Part shown: piece after piece, positions 43,201 to 54,249 of the stretch
How the letters are laid out: each line of letters opens with the position of its first letter
Numbering within the stretch: the stretch's first letter is position 1
Assembly: GCA_963575745.1 (NCBI GenBank)
Contig: CAUYUJ010000256.1
Location: 62,001-116,249 of the forward strand
Direction of reading: 5' to 3'
Source of the DNA: Prorocentrum cordatum
Taxonomy: Eukaryota
Length of the DNA stretch: 54,249 nt
Notes under the pieces: generated by a model
The model's database searches: none
Told to the model about the DNA's origin: nothing
The model's input: the letters and a program-made list of their open reading frames with translations, nothing else
Program-made: the position numbers and the translations under genes

Positions 43201-44689
43201 TGCTGAGGCGATGCCCAGTTTAGGGGTAGGGAGATGTTCCAGGCTGGTAAGAACCAGCTGTGGGCGCAGCGCAGGCTGCGCGGTGGCCTCAAGGCGCGCC
43301 GAGGGGCCTCCCCGCGCGGCGCGGCCCGTCGCCGCACGGCCTTCTGGGGCCCTGTGGAGGCCTCACGGCTGCCCGAGGCCGCACCCGAGTCCTGGAGGCC
43401 GCACAACCCGCGCCCCCGCGGACTCGCCACACGGTGGTCTTCGGCACCGCCTGATCCCAGGGCTTTGCCCTCTCTCGGCCTTGACGTGAGGCCCCGCCTT
43501 CTTTTGCCACCCCCCCTCTGCTATGTAAAGCTGTGCGCGGCCCGCTTAGCTTCTAGCGGAAGAGGCTCGCTCTCGACCCGCAGATCAAAAAAGTGTATGC
43601 GGAGGTCAACGGCCAGAGGGTCGAACCTGCCGTGAGACCCGCAGGTAGAGGACGAGGCGAGGGAGAGAAGGCGGTCCTTTCCCCCCCCGGGCCGAGGCGG
43701 GTCGGGCGCAGCGCCGGGACCAAGACCTGAGCCGAGCGGATATGCAGGATGGATGGACAGAAAGAGGAGAAGAGCGATCCTCACACACAGTCTGAGGGGG
43801 GGAGGGCCCCGAGAGTCGGCCCGAAGGGCGCAGGCCGGTCGCCCCGGGGGGCGCCTGGTGGAAGAACGCGGTGGCGTGAGCCAGCGACTCCCCCTCCACG
43901 GTCCGCGCCAGCGCCTGCGCCTGCACCTCCAGGCGCCCATCGATGTCCTCATCCACCGTCTACTCAAATGAATGTTGCTGATTATCCTCCTCCGCCTCCC
44001 CCTCTTCCTCCTCCTCATACGATTATCAATATTATTAGTTGCTGTAAGATTCTTCTTGATGTTGCTATCATTATTAGTACTCGTATCAGTAGGGCTGAAT
44101 GTCTTATAGCTATTATTTCTAAGATGCCAGTATTCATCATCATGTCCCTCCTCATCCTACAGCCCATCCGGATAGCCCTCCTTCTCATCCACAATTCTCC
44201 TGGCCTGCCCCCGCTCCCCACACACTCCTGCGTACTCCTGCCTCCCGTGGCAGCTCCCGCCCGGCACTGCTGCTCAGCACACACACACACATCCTCCTGC
44301 AGCATGCAGCAGCCACGCTCACGCAGGACGGCAGCACGTCGCCCTCCTCCCCGTCGTGCCTTTCGGTCGCCCTCGCCGCCCACGTCCACCGTTGGTCGGC
44401 TCCTGGTGCCCCCTCCGGGCTCCCCCGTCGGAGGTCGCCACCGTTCGCGATCTCGCTCTACCGGATGTGTTGCGAGGCCCGTCTTCCATGCCCTTCGGGC
44501 CCCTTCGGTTCCCTCACTCGGCCGTGCCATGTGCGGCTCCTTGTCGTTCAGAGCTCTGCGTCGATTTGCTCCAGGCAGCTGCGCCCCGCGCAAACACTCC
44601 CGTCTTCGGCTATGTATTTCGCTGTCAGAGCTTGGAGCACTCTCTCTCTCTCTCTTTCTCTCGTTCTCCCCCTCTCTCTCTCTCTCGTT

Positions 44690-44724
<35 letters not shown>

Positions 44725-47700
44725 ATCTTTGTATACATATATATATATATGACCACGCAACACACCTCGTGGCAAGCCTGCGTGCGGCTGGGCCTTCATC
44801 CTACTCCCTCCCCTTCCTCGTTCCGCAGTTCCTACTCCGCCTCCTCCGAAGATTCCGCATCCTCCTCCACCTCGACGGCTGGCTCAGCAAATCCACTCCC
44901 AGGTATGTTCAGGCTGAATCCACGCTTGGGCGTGACAGCAGACCCACCTGTTTGTTCCACTGGATACTCCTACACTTCACTGATCAGGGTAACTCGCCTT
45001 GAATCGTTTCCGCATGGGCTAGGGGGGATAACTATGCGAAGCGTCAAGATCTGCGTGTTGCTGTGATGGTTTCTCTGGAGAGTAGGTTCCCAAGGCTGGC
45101 ACCCTTGCGAAGCCACGACATGCATGGAGAAGGAGGGTGAGTAGGAGGAGAAGGAGGATGAGGAGAGAAGGAGGAGGGTGAGTAGGAGGAGGAGGAACAA
45201 CAGCAGCAGCAAAATGACCACATGATTTGCCTTTTTCCGGGAGGCGGCGGATTTGCGGACGCGGCGTCAGCCCGATGAATCGAAGGCCAGAAAGCACGGA
45301 ACAATATCTGCGGAGAACAGTTCTCGTGTTGGGAGGAAGGGGATGGGACGCATCTGGATGCAATGAACGATACCTTCGGCCGCCTGCGGGTAAGGACATC
45401 CTCATTTCTCCCAATCCCATCCTCCCAACCCGATACCCATAGGGCCGGAAAAAGTATGGAGAAACATACGGTCGAAAGGCGTGGAAAGTAGATTGGGTGT
45501 CCGCCCACCCCCTTGGGAGGACGGGAAAGGTGAAGCCACTCGGTCATTGGAGCAGGAAGGCGCTCAGAGTCAGAGTGGAATGGAATATGGGAATCCGAGA
45601 ACTCCTGATTTCGACGACCGACGGGTACCTGTCTTCCTGCAGAACACTAGGAACAACGAAAAGCGGCATTAGCACCACCAGGGCGAGGAGATGCGAGGAG
45701 GGAGGGGCTTCTCCCCGGTGGTGTGGCCTCCCCCTCCTCGCTCGAGATGTCCCAGGCCTCCAGCTCGGGGAGGCATCGTGGGCCTCCTTTGTGGAGGTGG
45801 CCCCCCTTGTGGTGTTGGTGTCGCTCCTCCAGGGCTCCCAACTTCGCGCGTCGCGCTCCGCGAAGCGCGAAAAACTTCGCGCCCTCGTGGGAGCCCTTGC
45901 TCCTCCTCCCTCCGATTAGCACGGGCCCTTCGAGGGCCGCGGCACATCGGTGAGGTGCCCCGTTTGCTCCTTCGTTGCCCCGTTAGGAGGAGGAGGAGGA
46001 GGAGGAGAAGAAGGAGGAGGACGAGGACCTTCGACGCGGCCATCACGAAGGGGCCCAAGGACACACAAATAGATACACACGAATCACAGGACTCCCCATA
46101 GTTTCCCATGTTTTCTGGATTTCCCTCTTCCTCCCCACTTCCCCCCTGCCGACCTTCGACGCAGCCATCAAAAAGGGAGCGCAAGGACACACAAATGAAT
46201 TCACACGAATCACAGGACTCCCCATAGTTTCCCAGATTTTCTGGATTTTCCTCTTCCTCCCCACTTCCCCCCTTCTGACCTTCGACGCAGCCGTCACGAA
46301 GGGGCCCAAGGACACACAAATAGATACACACGAATCACAGGACTCCCCATAGTCTCCCATATTTTCTGGACTTTCCTCTTCCTCCCCACTTCTCCCATCT
46401 GTTCCCACATGTTCCTGAAAGTCGACGATTCATTGTGTCTGTGCTTCTTTTTCCCCTCCTGGCATAACAATGGAGACCAGTCCACAAGAAACCTTCCACA
46501 AGGAACCCAACCCTGAGACCCCAGGACGTCCATGCATTTTTGGCGCGGGAACGTCGCGCCTTCCACGGCAAATCCCCATCGAATCCCAGGAGAAACCCAG
46601 GGCACCCTGGGGGCAAGCAGGGTATTTCTTGGCATGGGCCCCCACTGTAAATCGCAACGTGGACTTCAGGAGGTATCCACCCTTCCGTGGCACCTCAGAG
46701 CCTCCCATACCATGTTGCCGGCTTTTGCGGATCGACGCCAATCGACGCCAGTCGACGCTGAATCGACACTGAATCGACGCTAAATCGACGCTAATCAACG
46801 CAAGCCGACGCTAAGTCGGCGCTATCCCATTGACTCCCAAACGCTAGTCGGCGCCAGTCCACGCTAAAGACGGAGTTATGAGGGTACGCAAGGCTCCCAT
46901 GATTTGCTACCGAACCACCCCTTCCCCCGCACCGACTTCGAATCCCGAGGCATTTGTTGATGGTTCCGTTGGGCGCCACAAGAGACCCCGGGGGCAGAAA
47001 ATGGCCAGAAACCGTCATGTCGCGTTTTCGTCGCGACGCGAGGGGCGCCAGGGTGTCCCTTCCAGCATCGACCTCCAGACATGTCCTTGGCTTAGCTGCC
47101 CCGATACGCAACACGCAACACGTATCGTATTGATACGGAACTCAACACGTAGGCCGAAACCGTAGGTCCGACGCGATACATGTAGTCCAAGACGTGGAGC
47201 CGACACGCAACGTATTGACACGGACGTCTTCAACACGGGACGTGTTGCGATTCAAAACGGGCATATCGAGGCACCCATCGTACGTAAGGACCACATCCCA
47301 AAAATAATCTCGAGCACCCGGGAAAGTGTCGAAAGAGTGGCGAAACAGTGCCGAAACCGTGTCGGACGAGCGTCTCCCAGGGCCCGACACGTGAAAACCC
47401 TCGAGTCTCGGTATTTGTTGGTGCTCGAAATTCTTTCTGGTGATCAAGGATACAGTATGTTTGTGGATGCCATGACAATGCATACTCTAACAATCCGATC
47501 ATTGATCTAAAAGTGTGCTTCAAATGTGTAAAACATGTTCTTAACATGTCTCAAACATGTATTTTACATGTTTAGAACATGCTTGAAGCATTGTTTTGAC
47601 ATCTGGAATTTATTCAGCAGCACGCGTCCTCTCCATTAACCGACTTCCACAAACGCAGGTTGGAACATCATAACTCCAGACATGTCCTGGGCTTAGCTGC

Positions 47701-49982
47701 CCCGATACGCAACACGCAACACGTAGCGTATTGATACGGAGCTCAACACGTAGACTGAACACGTAGGTCCGACGCGACACACTCGCCAAAACGTGGGCCA
47801 GTTCGTGGAGCCAACACGTAACGTATTGACACGGACGTCTTGAACACGGCACGTGTTGCGTTTCAAAACGGGCGTATCGAGGAACCCATCATACGTAAGG
47901 ACCACATCCCAGAAAGAATCTCGAGCACCCGGGAAAGTGTCGAGAGAGTGGCGAAACAGTGCCGAAACCGTGTCGGACGAACGTCTCCCAGGGCCCGACA
48001 CGTGAAAACCCTCGAGTCTCGGTACTTTTTTGGTGCTCGGCATTCTTTCTGGTGGTCAAGGATACACTATGTTTGTGAATGCCATGACAATGCATACTCT
48101 AACAATCCGATCATTGATCTAAAAGTGTGTTTAACATGGGTCACACATGTTCTAAAACTATTTCAAACCTGTTGTTTAATGTTTAGGACATGCTTGAAAC
48201 ATGTTGTTGACATCGGGAAACTATTTAGCAGCACGCTTCCTCTCCAAAACCCTAAACCCTAAAACCTAAACCCTAAACCCTAGACCCTACGACTTCCACA
48301 ACAGTAAGTTGGAGCCTCATGACTCCAGACATGTCCTGGGGTGCGTTTTGGCCAGCACTCCGATGCGGCTCCACCCGCCGCGGCGACGAGGGGCCTCGCG
48401 GACGGAGGCCCCCTCCCCAAAAAAAGAGGAGCAGCGCGCTGGCACGCGGAGCCTCGAAGCTCTGGCAGCGTGGCCTGGTCACCAGAGCGTCAGATTACAC
48501 ATGTCAGAAATTTGAGAAGGACCGACCGTCCCGGCATTCCTATAGCCTTACCACGAAATATTCTTAGAACCCAAAAATGTTCTAAGAACAAAAACAATGC
48601 TCTTTGAACATAAACCCGATGTGCTAAAACAAAACAGACTCCGCCAGAAATGTTCTAAGAACATTTCGTGGAAGCCACACACGGTTCTTAGAACATTGTT
48701 TGGTGGGGCTATAGGCGAGCCAGGACGCTTCGGCACTGCTTGAAAAATACAATTTCGTCACAGCTCTTCTTGCCTGCAGTCTTCACGTTTGTGTGCACAG
48801 GCAGCGATGGCAGAACGTTCCACACAGAGAGCGGAGGTCCCCCACATGGGCTCCGAGCAGCTGGGGTCAGAGGATCGCCCCGAATCGCACCTGCATCGCC
48901 CGAGCATCGGCGATGCATCGGCGACGTCGGTGGTGCATCGGCGACGTAGCCGTGGAGAGAATCGGGCTCCACGTCAAGCCGCATCGTCCCCGGTTGTAGA
49001 TGAAGCAACAGCAGCATGAGCATAAACAGTCGGAAGTCTGCGCGGATTTCTTGCATTGGCGCTGGAGACGCCGCCAGGGGGGCCCAGCGTCGATCGAGAG
49101 AAATCCGCGCGGAGCTCTGAAAGCTTTATGTCTACGAAGCTGTTTGTTCTTCGACTGGAGCGAGGCCTTCATCCTCCTCCTCCTTCTCCTCCTCCTCCTC
49201 CTCCTCTTCCTCCCTCCTCCCTCCCCTCCTCCTCCTCCGCCTCCCTCTCCCTCTCCTCCTCCTCCTCCTCCTCCGCCTCCTCCTCCTTCTCCTCCTCGTC
49301 CTCCTCCTCCTCCTGGGCGATCCCCCCCCTCTCCCTCGCCCCCCCCCCTCCCCCCTGGGCCCCCCCCTGGCTGCCCCCCGCTGGCGCCAGCAGGTCGCCG
49401 TCGAGAGGCTTACCCTCGCTCTGAGCGAGGGTCAGCCGCAGCCTGTGGGAGGGGGGGCCCTCCGCGTGTTTGGTTCGGTGCCCCTCCCTCTCGCCCTGCC
49501 GGCCGCCCTCCTCCCCCCAGCCTTCCCCTGCGCCCCCTCCCCAACCTCGTCCTCCTCCTCCTCCTCCTTCCCATCCTCGTCATCCTCGTCGTCCTCCTCC
49601 TCCTTGTCCTCCTCCTTGTCCTCCGCCTCCTCCTCGTCCTCCTCCTTCCCCTTATCGTCCTCCTCCTTGTCCAGCCTCCTTCCCCTCCTCTTCCCCACGT
49701 CCTGCCTCCTTCCCCTCCTCGTCCTCCTTCACCTCCTCTTCCCCACGGCCTCTCCCCTCCCTCCCTGCCTCCCCTGCCCTCCGTTCGTCGCCACTCCTCC
49801 CACGCACCCCGTGTACCACGTCCCTGCCGACGTGGGAGCAATAGAAGCAGTGGAGCAGAGGAGGAGGAGGAGGAGGAGGAGGGGTAGGAACAGGATGATG
49901 ATGATGCTGCTGCTGCTGATGATGGTGATGATGTTGATGACGCTGCTGATGATGATGACGATGATGATGATGATGCTGCTGC

Positions 49983-50053
<71 letters not shown>

Positions 50054-50093
50054 CTGTTGCTGATGATGGTGCTGCTGCTGTTGCTGCTGATAC

Positions 50094-50181
<88 letters not shown>

Positions 50182-51010
50182 AATGATGATGATGATGATC
50201 CTCGTGAGTCCAAAGATCCGCCACCGTGCCTTTAGCACGAAGTGGAGTGGCCCAGGCTCATCAGTAATCAGTGCTGAAGGGATTCACTTCAAGATGCCTG
50301 AAAGGCCCCGACCGCTGGTTTCCCGAACACTCCTGGGAAGCCCAAGGCGGCCCAGGCAGGTCCCCCACACGGTCCATGAGTGCCGCGAGACGGCCCAGGG
50401 AGCGCCCCAACACCCGCCCCAAGACGCTGAAGATGGCCTCCAAACGGCTCCTGGTCCTCCTCCCTCCCTGGGCACTGGCGCCGGCCTGGCCCACTCGGGA
50501 CGGAAGCCGACCGACGCCTCGCAGTTGAGGTGGTCTCGCAGGCGCCCTGGCGTGAGGGCGTCGTCCAGCTGGCTGGAGGCGGAGGGGGGGGGGGCAGAGG
50601 GGCAGACCTCGAGCTAACTTCGCGCCATGTCTGACATCCTCTCCCGCCCACGCCTCCAGACCCATTGCGCTGATGTGTCTTTTGTTGTCCGCCGACAGGG
50701 GCGGAGGAGCCGACATGGAACAGGTGGCAGCTGATAGTCCACGGGCAGAAGTCTCCTTCTGAAGGTCCCGCAGCAGCAGACACGGGGGGGGCGATTGGGC
50801 GCTTCTCGAACGCGTCGCTTTCGCGTCCTGTAAACTGAACACCACTCGTGTTGCAAAAGGAGAGGGAGGAGGCGGAGGAGGAGGAGGAAGAGGAGAAGGC
50901 CAGGAAGAGGAGCAGAAGGCGAAGGAGGTGAAGGAGGAGGGCCAGAGTAAAACCAGGATGCAGCAAACATGCTGCAAAGGCCTGTCCCAAGTATCCCTCT
51001 CCATGAAGTC
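34233..51010 (-). CDS. Putative multi-exon gene (16 or more exons, 5' end unresolved), unknown protein
   Basis: Exons 51010-50954, 50827-50693, 50568-50518, 50437-50313, 49442-49388, 48474-48453, 48394-48336, 45826-45679, 44947-44841, 43959-43855, 42031-41980, 40957-40891, 40285-40223, 38878-38785, 35649-35574 and 34357-34233 join in frame with AG acceptors and GT/GC/GA donors, ending in TAA. Example: TVDEDIDGRLEVQAQALARTVEGESLAHATAFFHQ|VMSGEAELAMLSRVAAAG|CSRRRGWMRLEELLRVHLPLEG|SLLVLCRA..|..|VDYCHYGLLAALLALARACLVATAEG|VEQSP..*. Extra exons are possible (~44290-44457 and above 51060). No domain recognised. Confidence 0.6.
36654..36751. mobile_element. Near-perfect ~98-bp palindrome, internally deleted relative of the MITE at 15715
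   Basis: Centre CGCGCCGCATCGCCGATGCATCGGCGATGCGGCGCG is self-complementary; the arms match the TIRs at 15715-15922. Confidence 0.8.
37760..38340. repeat. ~82-bp tandem repeat, about 7 copies
   Basis: CTCAATCC-like anchor at 37835, 37921, 38004, 38083, 38165 and 38247. Confidence 0.9.
39774..39970. mobile_element. 197-bp MITE with ~64-bp TIRs, copy 2 (intact)
   Basis: AGGGGAACAAAAAGTGGCATAAACATAAAAACTCGGAGGTCCGCGCGGATTTCTCGGATCGGCG recurs inverted with 3 mismatches. A degenerate relative lies at ~49000-49155. Confidence 0.92.
41451..41880. repeat. (GAG)n-rich microsatellite
   Basis: Directly visible. Confidence 0.95.
46026..46465. repeat. ~126-bp tandem repeat (3 copies) plus unique end of a dispersed family
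   Basis: GACCTTCGACGC at ~46027, 46151 and 46277. Confidence 0.9.
47073..48340 (+). repeat. Two tandem copies (601 and 649 bp) of a dispersed ~600-bp repeat
   Basis: CTCCAGACATGTCCT at 47073, 47674 and 48323. Fragments of the family lie at 4235-4273 plus 6016-6175, ~16180-16328 and ~34460-34640. Confidence 0.9.
48247..48289 (-). repeat. Interstitial telomeric repeat (TTTAGGG)6
   Basis: AAACCCT x6, two units with single mismatches; TTTAGGG is the telomere type known from dinoflagellates. Confidence 0.88.
49893..50200. repeat. (GAT)n microsatellite
   Basis: Directly visible. Confidence 0.95.
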
Positions 51011-52314
51011 CTACAGCCATCCATCAATCACTACGAAGACCGTCCCCCCCTGACAAAAAACTAGCGTTCCATGGTTCCACCGTCAATGTTGCACTGTTGC
51101 ATCGTGATGCATTTATGGCCATGACTTCCCAGGAAGCTCTCAAGCGAAAACCAACGATTGAAAAGGAACCGCTCTCCACGTGTGCCACCCCCGCGAAAGC
51201 TCACACTCTGGATGATGTGCTTGAGGAAGTCGCAAGCGAAGGCTTGCATTTGAAGTGAGAAGCAGTGCAACTGTCGGAAATGCTTAAGACGAGTGTCCAC
51301 GACGCCAGGACAGAAGCCACCCCCGCTTGTCAGGGAAGACGGGAGTGGGAGGTGTTGCCCCTCACCCGTACGGGATAAGGGGATCAGTAAAAGTACCGGG
51401 TGTAGTAACTGGAGAGAAAAGGGGCGCGACTGAGACAGGGACCACGGGCCAGGTGCGAACAGAGGACAAGGCAGACAGCTCGAGCGAACGAGCGCCCCTC
51501 ATGATGCTCGCCGCGCAAGGGGCGCAGCGCAGCGGACCAGCTGCAGGAAGTCCTGCCGCGCTGCCGCGCGAGACCCCACGCAAAACGACCACGACGCAGG
51601 ACGTCCGCGCCCGAGCGGAGGTAGCCGGGGCGGCCGCGCGAGATCGCCGAGCCCCGGTCTGGCCACTGGGCGACTCTTGGAGCCCCGCCCAGGGCGCCCC
51701 CACGACCCCCCCCCCCCCCTCCTCCTCTTCCTCCTTCTCCTCCTCCTCCTACTTACTCCTCCTCCCTCCGCCCTCCTCCCTCCTCCCCTCCTCCCTCCTC
51801 CCTCCTCCTCCTCCCTCCTCCATCCCCTCCCTCCTACCCCTCCCTTCCCTCCTACCTCCTCCCTCCTCCCTCCTCCCTCCTCCCTCCCTCCTCTCCTCCA
51901 CCTCGCCTCATCCTCCTCCCTCCTCCTCCTCCTCCTCCTCCTCCGCCCTCCTCCTCCTCCTCCTCCTCCTCCTCTCCTGATCCCCCTCTCCTCCTGCCTC
52001 TCCTCCTCCTCCTTTCATCCTCCTCATCTATCCTCCTTTTCCTCCTCCTCCTCCTCCTCCTCCTAACAACTCCATGAGGTGCCCAGGGCGTCGGACGCCA
52101 AGGCGATGCTCTGCAGCGTGGTGGTGCACATATGTACAGACATGTTATATCTGTACATTTGTACACACATCTGAACGGAGGCAGACGGAGAGCGGAAGAG
52201 AGAGAGAGAGGCAAACTTACCCTGTGACGTACCCAACCCATTTGTATCAATGGAAACGAGGAGTTGGCCGAAACTTGTATGGACAATCAACTTGATGTGT
52301 AAGCTACTTGGAGG

Positions 52315-53760
52315 CGTCACTGTGCTGGGCCCCGCAAGCAGGCTTCGAACGTGGCGACAGCATCACAGGATTCGGCAACCCCAAGGGATGGCGAGGTCAA
52401 TTTGAAGATGGTGTGGCGTCACTGTGCTGGGCCCCCCAGCAGCCGCGAAAGTGGCGACAGTTTCAACAGATCGCAGCCGGCAGGGATGGGCGAGGCCCAT
52501 TCAATCCGCCTGTGGGTACCCACTGGGCTGGGCCCCCCAGCATGGCCTCGAAAGTGGCGACAGTTTCACTAGACGCAGCCCCCCAGGGATGGCGGTAGGG
52601 TCCCATTTGAATCCGCCGTGGTGCACACCTGTGCTGGGCCCCCCAGCAGCCCTCGAAGTGGCGACAGTTTCACAGATCGCAGCCCCCCAGGGATGGCGAG
52701 GTTCCATTTGAGTCCGCCATAAGTACCCACTGTGCTGGGCCCCCCAGCAGCCCTCGAAAGTGGTGACAGATTCGCAGATCGCAGCCCCCCAGGGATGGCG
52801 AGGGCACATTTGAGTCCGCCGTGGGTACCCACTGCGCTGGGCCCCCCAGCAGCCCTCGAAAGTGGCGACAGTTTCGCAGATCGCAGCCCCCCAGGGATGG
52901 CGAGGGCCCATTGAATCCGCCGTGGGGCATCACTGTGTGGGCCCCCAGCAGCCCTCGAAAGTGGCGGGACAGTTTCACAGATCGCAGGCCCCCCCGGGAT
53001 GGCGAGGTCCCCATTGAGTCCGCCGCGCAGCGACCCGCGGCGTGCACACTGTGCTGGCCCCCTCCAGCAGGACCCTCAAAAAGTGGCCGACAGTTTCACC
53101 CGCTCGCCTCCCCCACGGGATGGCGAATGGTTCCTTTGGAGGTCCGCGCGGTGCAGACTGTGCTGGGCCCCCAGCAGCCCTCGAAAGTGGCGACAGTTAA
53201 CCAGATCGCAGCGCCCCAGGGATGGCGAGGTCCCCATTTGAGGTCGCCGCGGGGCAAGACTGTGCTGGGCCCCACAGCAGCCCTCGAAAGTGGCGACAAT
53301 TTCACAGATCGCAGCCCCCCAGGGATGGCGAGGTCTAATCTGAGTCTGCGGTGAGTACCCTCCTGTGCTGTGCCCCTCAGCAGCCCTCGAAAGTGGCGAC
53401 AGTTTCACAGATCGCAGCCCCCCAGGGATGGCGAGGTCCCATTTGAGTCCGCCGCGGGTGCCACTGTGCTGGGCCCCCCAGCAGCCCTCGAAAGTGGCGA
53501 CAGTTTCACAGATCGCAGCCCCCCAGGGATAGCGAGGTCCCATTTGAGTCCGCCGCGGGTGCACACTGCGCTGGGCCCCCCAGCAGCCCTCGAAAGTGGC
53601 GACAGTTTCACAGATCGCAGCCCCCCAGCTGACACGCAGCGACGAGCGAGGCAAAAGGCAGGGGGGAAGAGAGGGACGGGAGGGGGTGGGAAGGAGACGC
53701 GCGAGCAGTGCTCTATTCAAAACGAGAACCCAACGCAGGAGGGTTGGGAACAAAAAAAAA
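52315..53760 (+). repeat. ~102-bp satellite array (about 13 copies) with purine-rich linker, conserved 46-bp module and A9 tail
   Basis: Reverse complement of the array at 16960-18890. Module 53705-53750 matches the reverse complement of 16848-16893 at 44/46; A-run at 53752-53760. Confidence 0.93.
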
Positions 53761-54249
53761 TGCCTACACCTCTGAATTAACACCGTCCGCAATAGCAACA
53801 CTGCCACATCTGACGGGTTGATGAACGGCCGATCTTGTACTTGACCGCCGCGGGCGTGGGCGACGGTCAAGCAATTGCCTGGCCATTCTGAGGTCCGTGG
53901 CGGCAACTGGTGGCCTTATGTACGGGTGGAATTCGATGAGCCATTTGCGCAAAGGACGTAGAAGTCTAGTGAGGTGCCAGCTGAATACGCCTGCCACACG
54001 TGTGCGCGGCCAGTTCTCTTCACACTAAACACACAAACACAAACACGGACGTACATACACATGCACACATGCCATGGTTCATCCTTGATCGCAATCCTTT
54101 CAGCTCAGTGCGATATCGGCGTCCTGGCACTGGGATCGCACTTGAATCGCACAGCGGACCCACGGATGATCGAGGAAGCAGGCAGTCGCCATCTTCCTCT
54201 CTCTCCTATCTCTCTCTCTCTCTTTCTGTATTTCTTTATTTCTTTTTCT

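Noticed and set aside
51061..51320. Protein-like frames on both strands (..LDDVLEEVASEG.. and ..FLGSHGHKCITMQ..)
   Set aside because: I cannot decide between an upstream exon of the minus-strand gene and a TE remnant; no diagnostic motif.

Overview
GC-rich, repeat-dense eukaryotic DNA, almost certainly from a dinoflagellate. An exact 22-nt dinoflagellate spliced leader (DinoSL) lies at 1295-1316, candidate splice donors are GC/GA/GT, and there is a (CCCTAAA)n telomeric tract; a Prorocentrum-like host is my inference. Most ORFs in the track are artefacts of (CCT)n, (CAT)n, (GAC)n and (AAC)n microsatellites. Supported content: (1) an intronless, SL-headed 563-aa retrocopy built from rearranged PPR fragments and embedded in (CCT)n; (2) a 5'-truncated, dead non-LTR retrotransposon (RT plus CCHC knuckle) that splits a dispersed repeat; (3) two or three hand-built, multi-exon minus-strand gene models of unknown function; (4) many satellites, MITEs and dispersed repeats, including a ~101-bp satellite that twice ends in the same A-tailed module, a 2.3-kb tandem duplication, and telomeric repeats inside one copy of a 600-bp repeat. 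Gene models have no transcript support, so exon boundaries are provisional.
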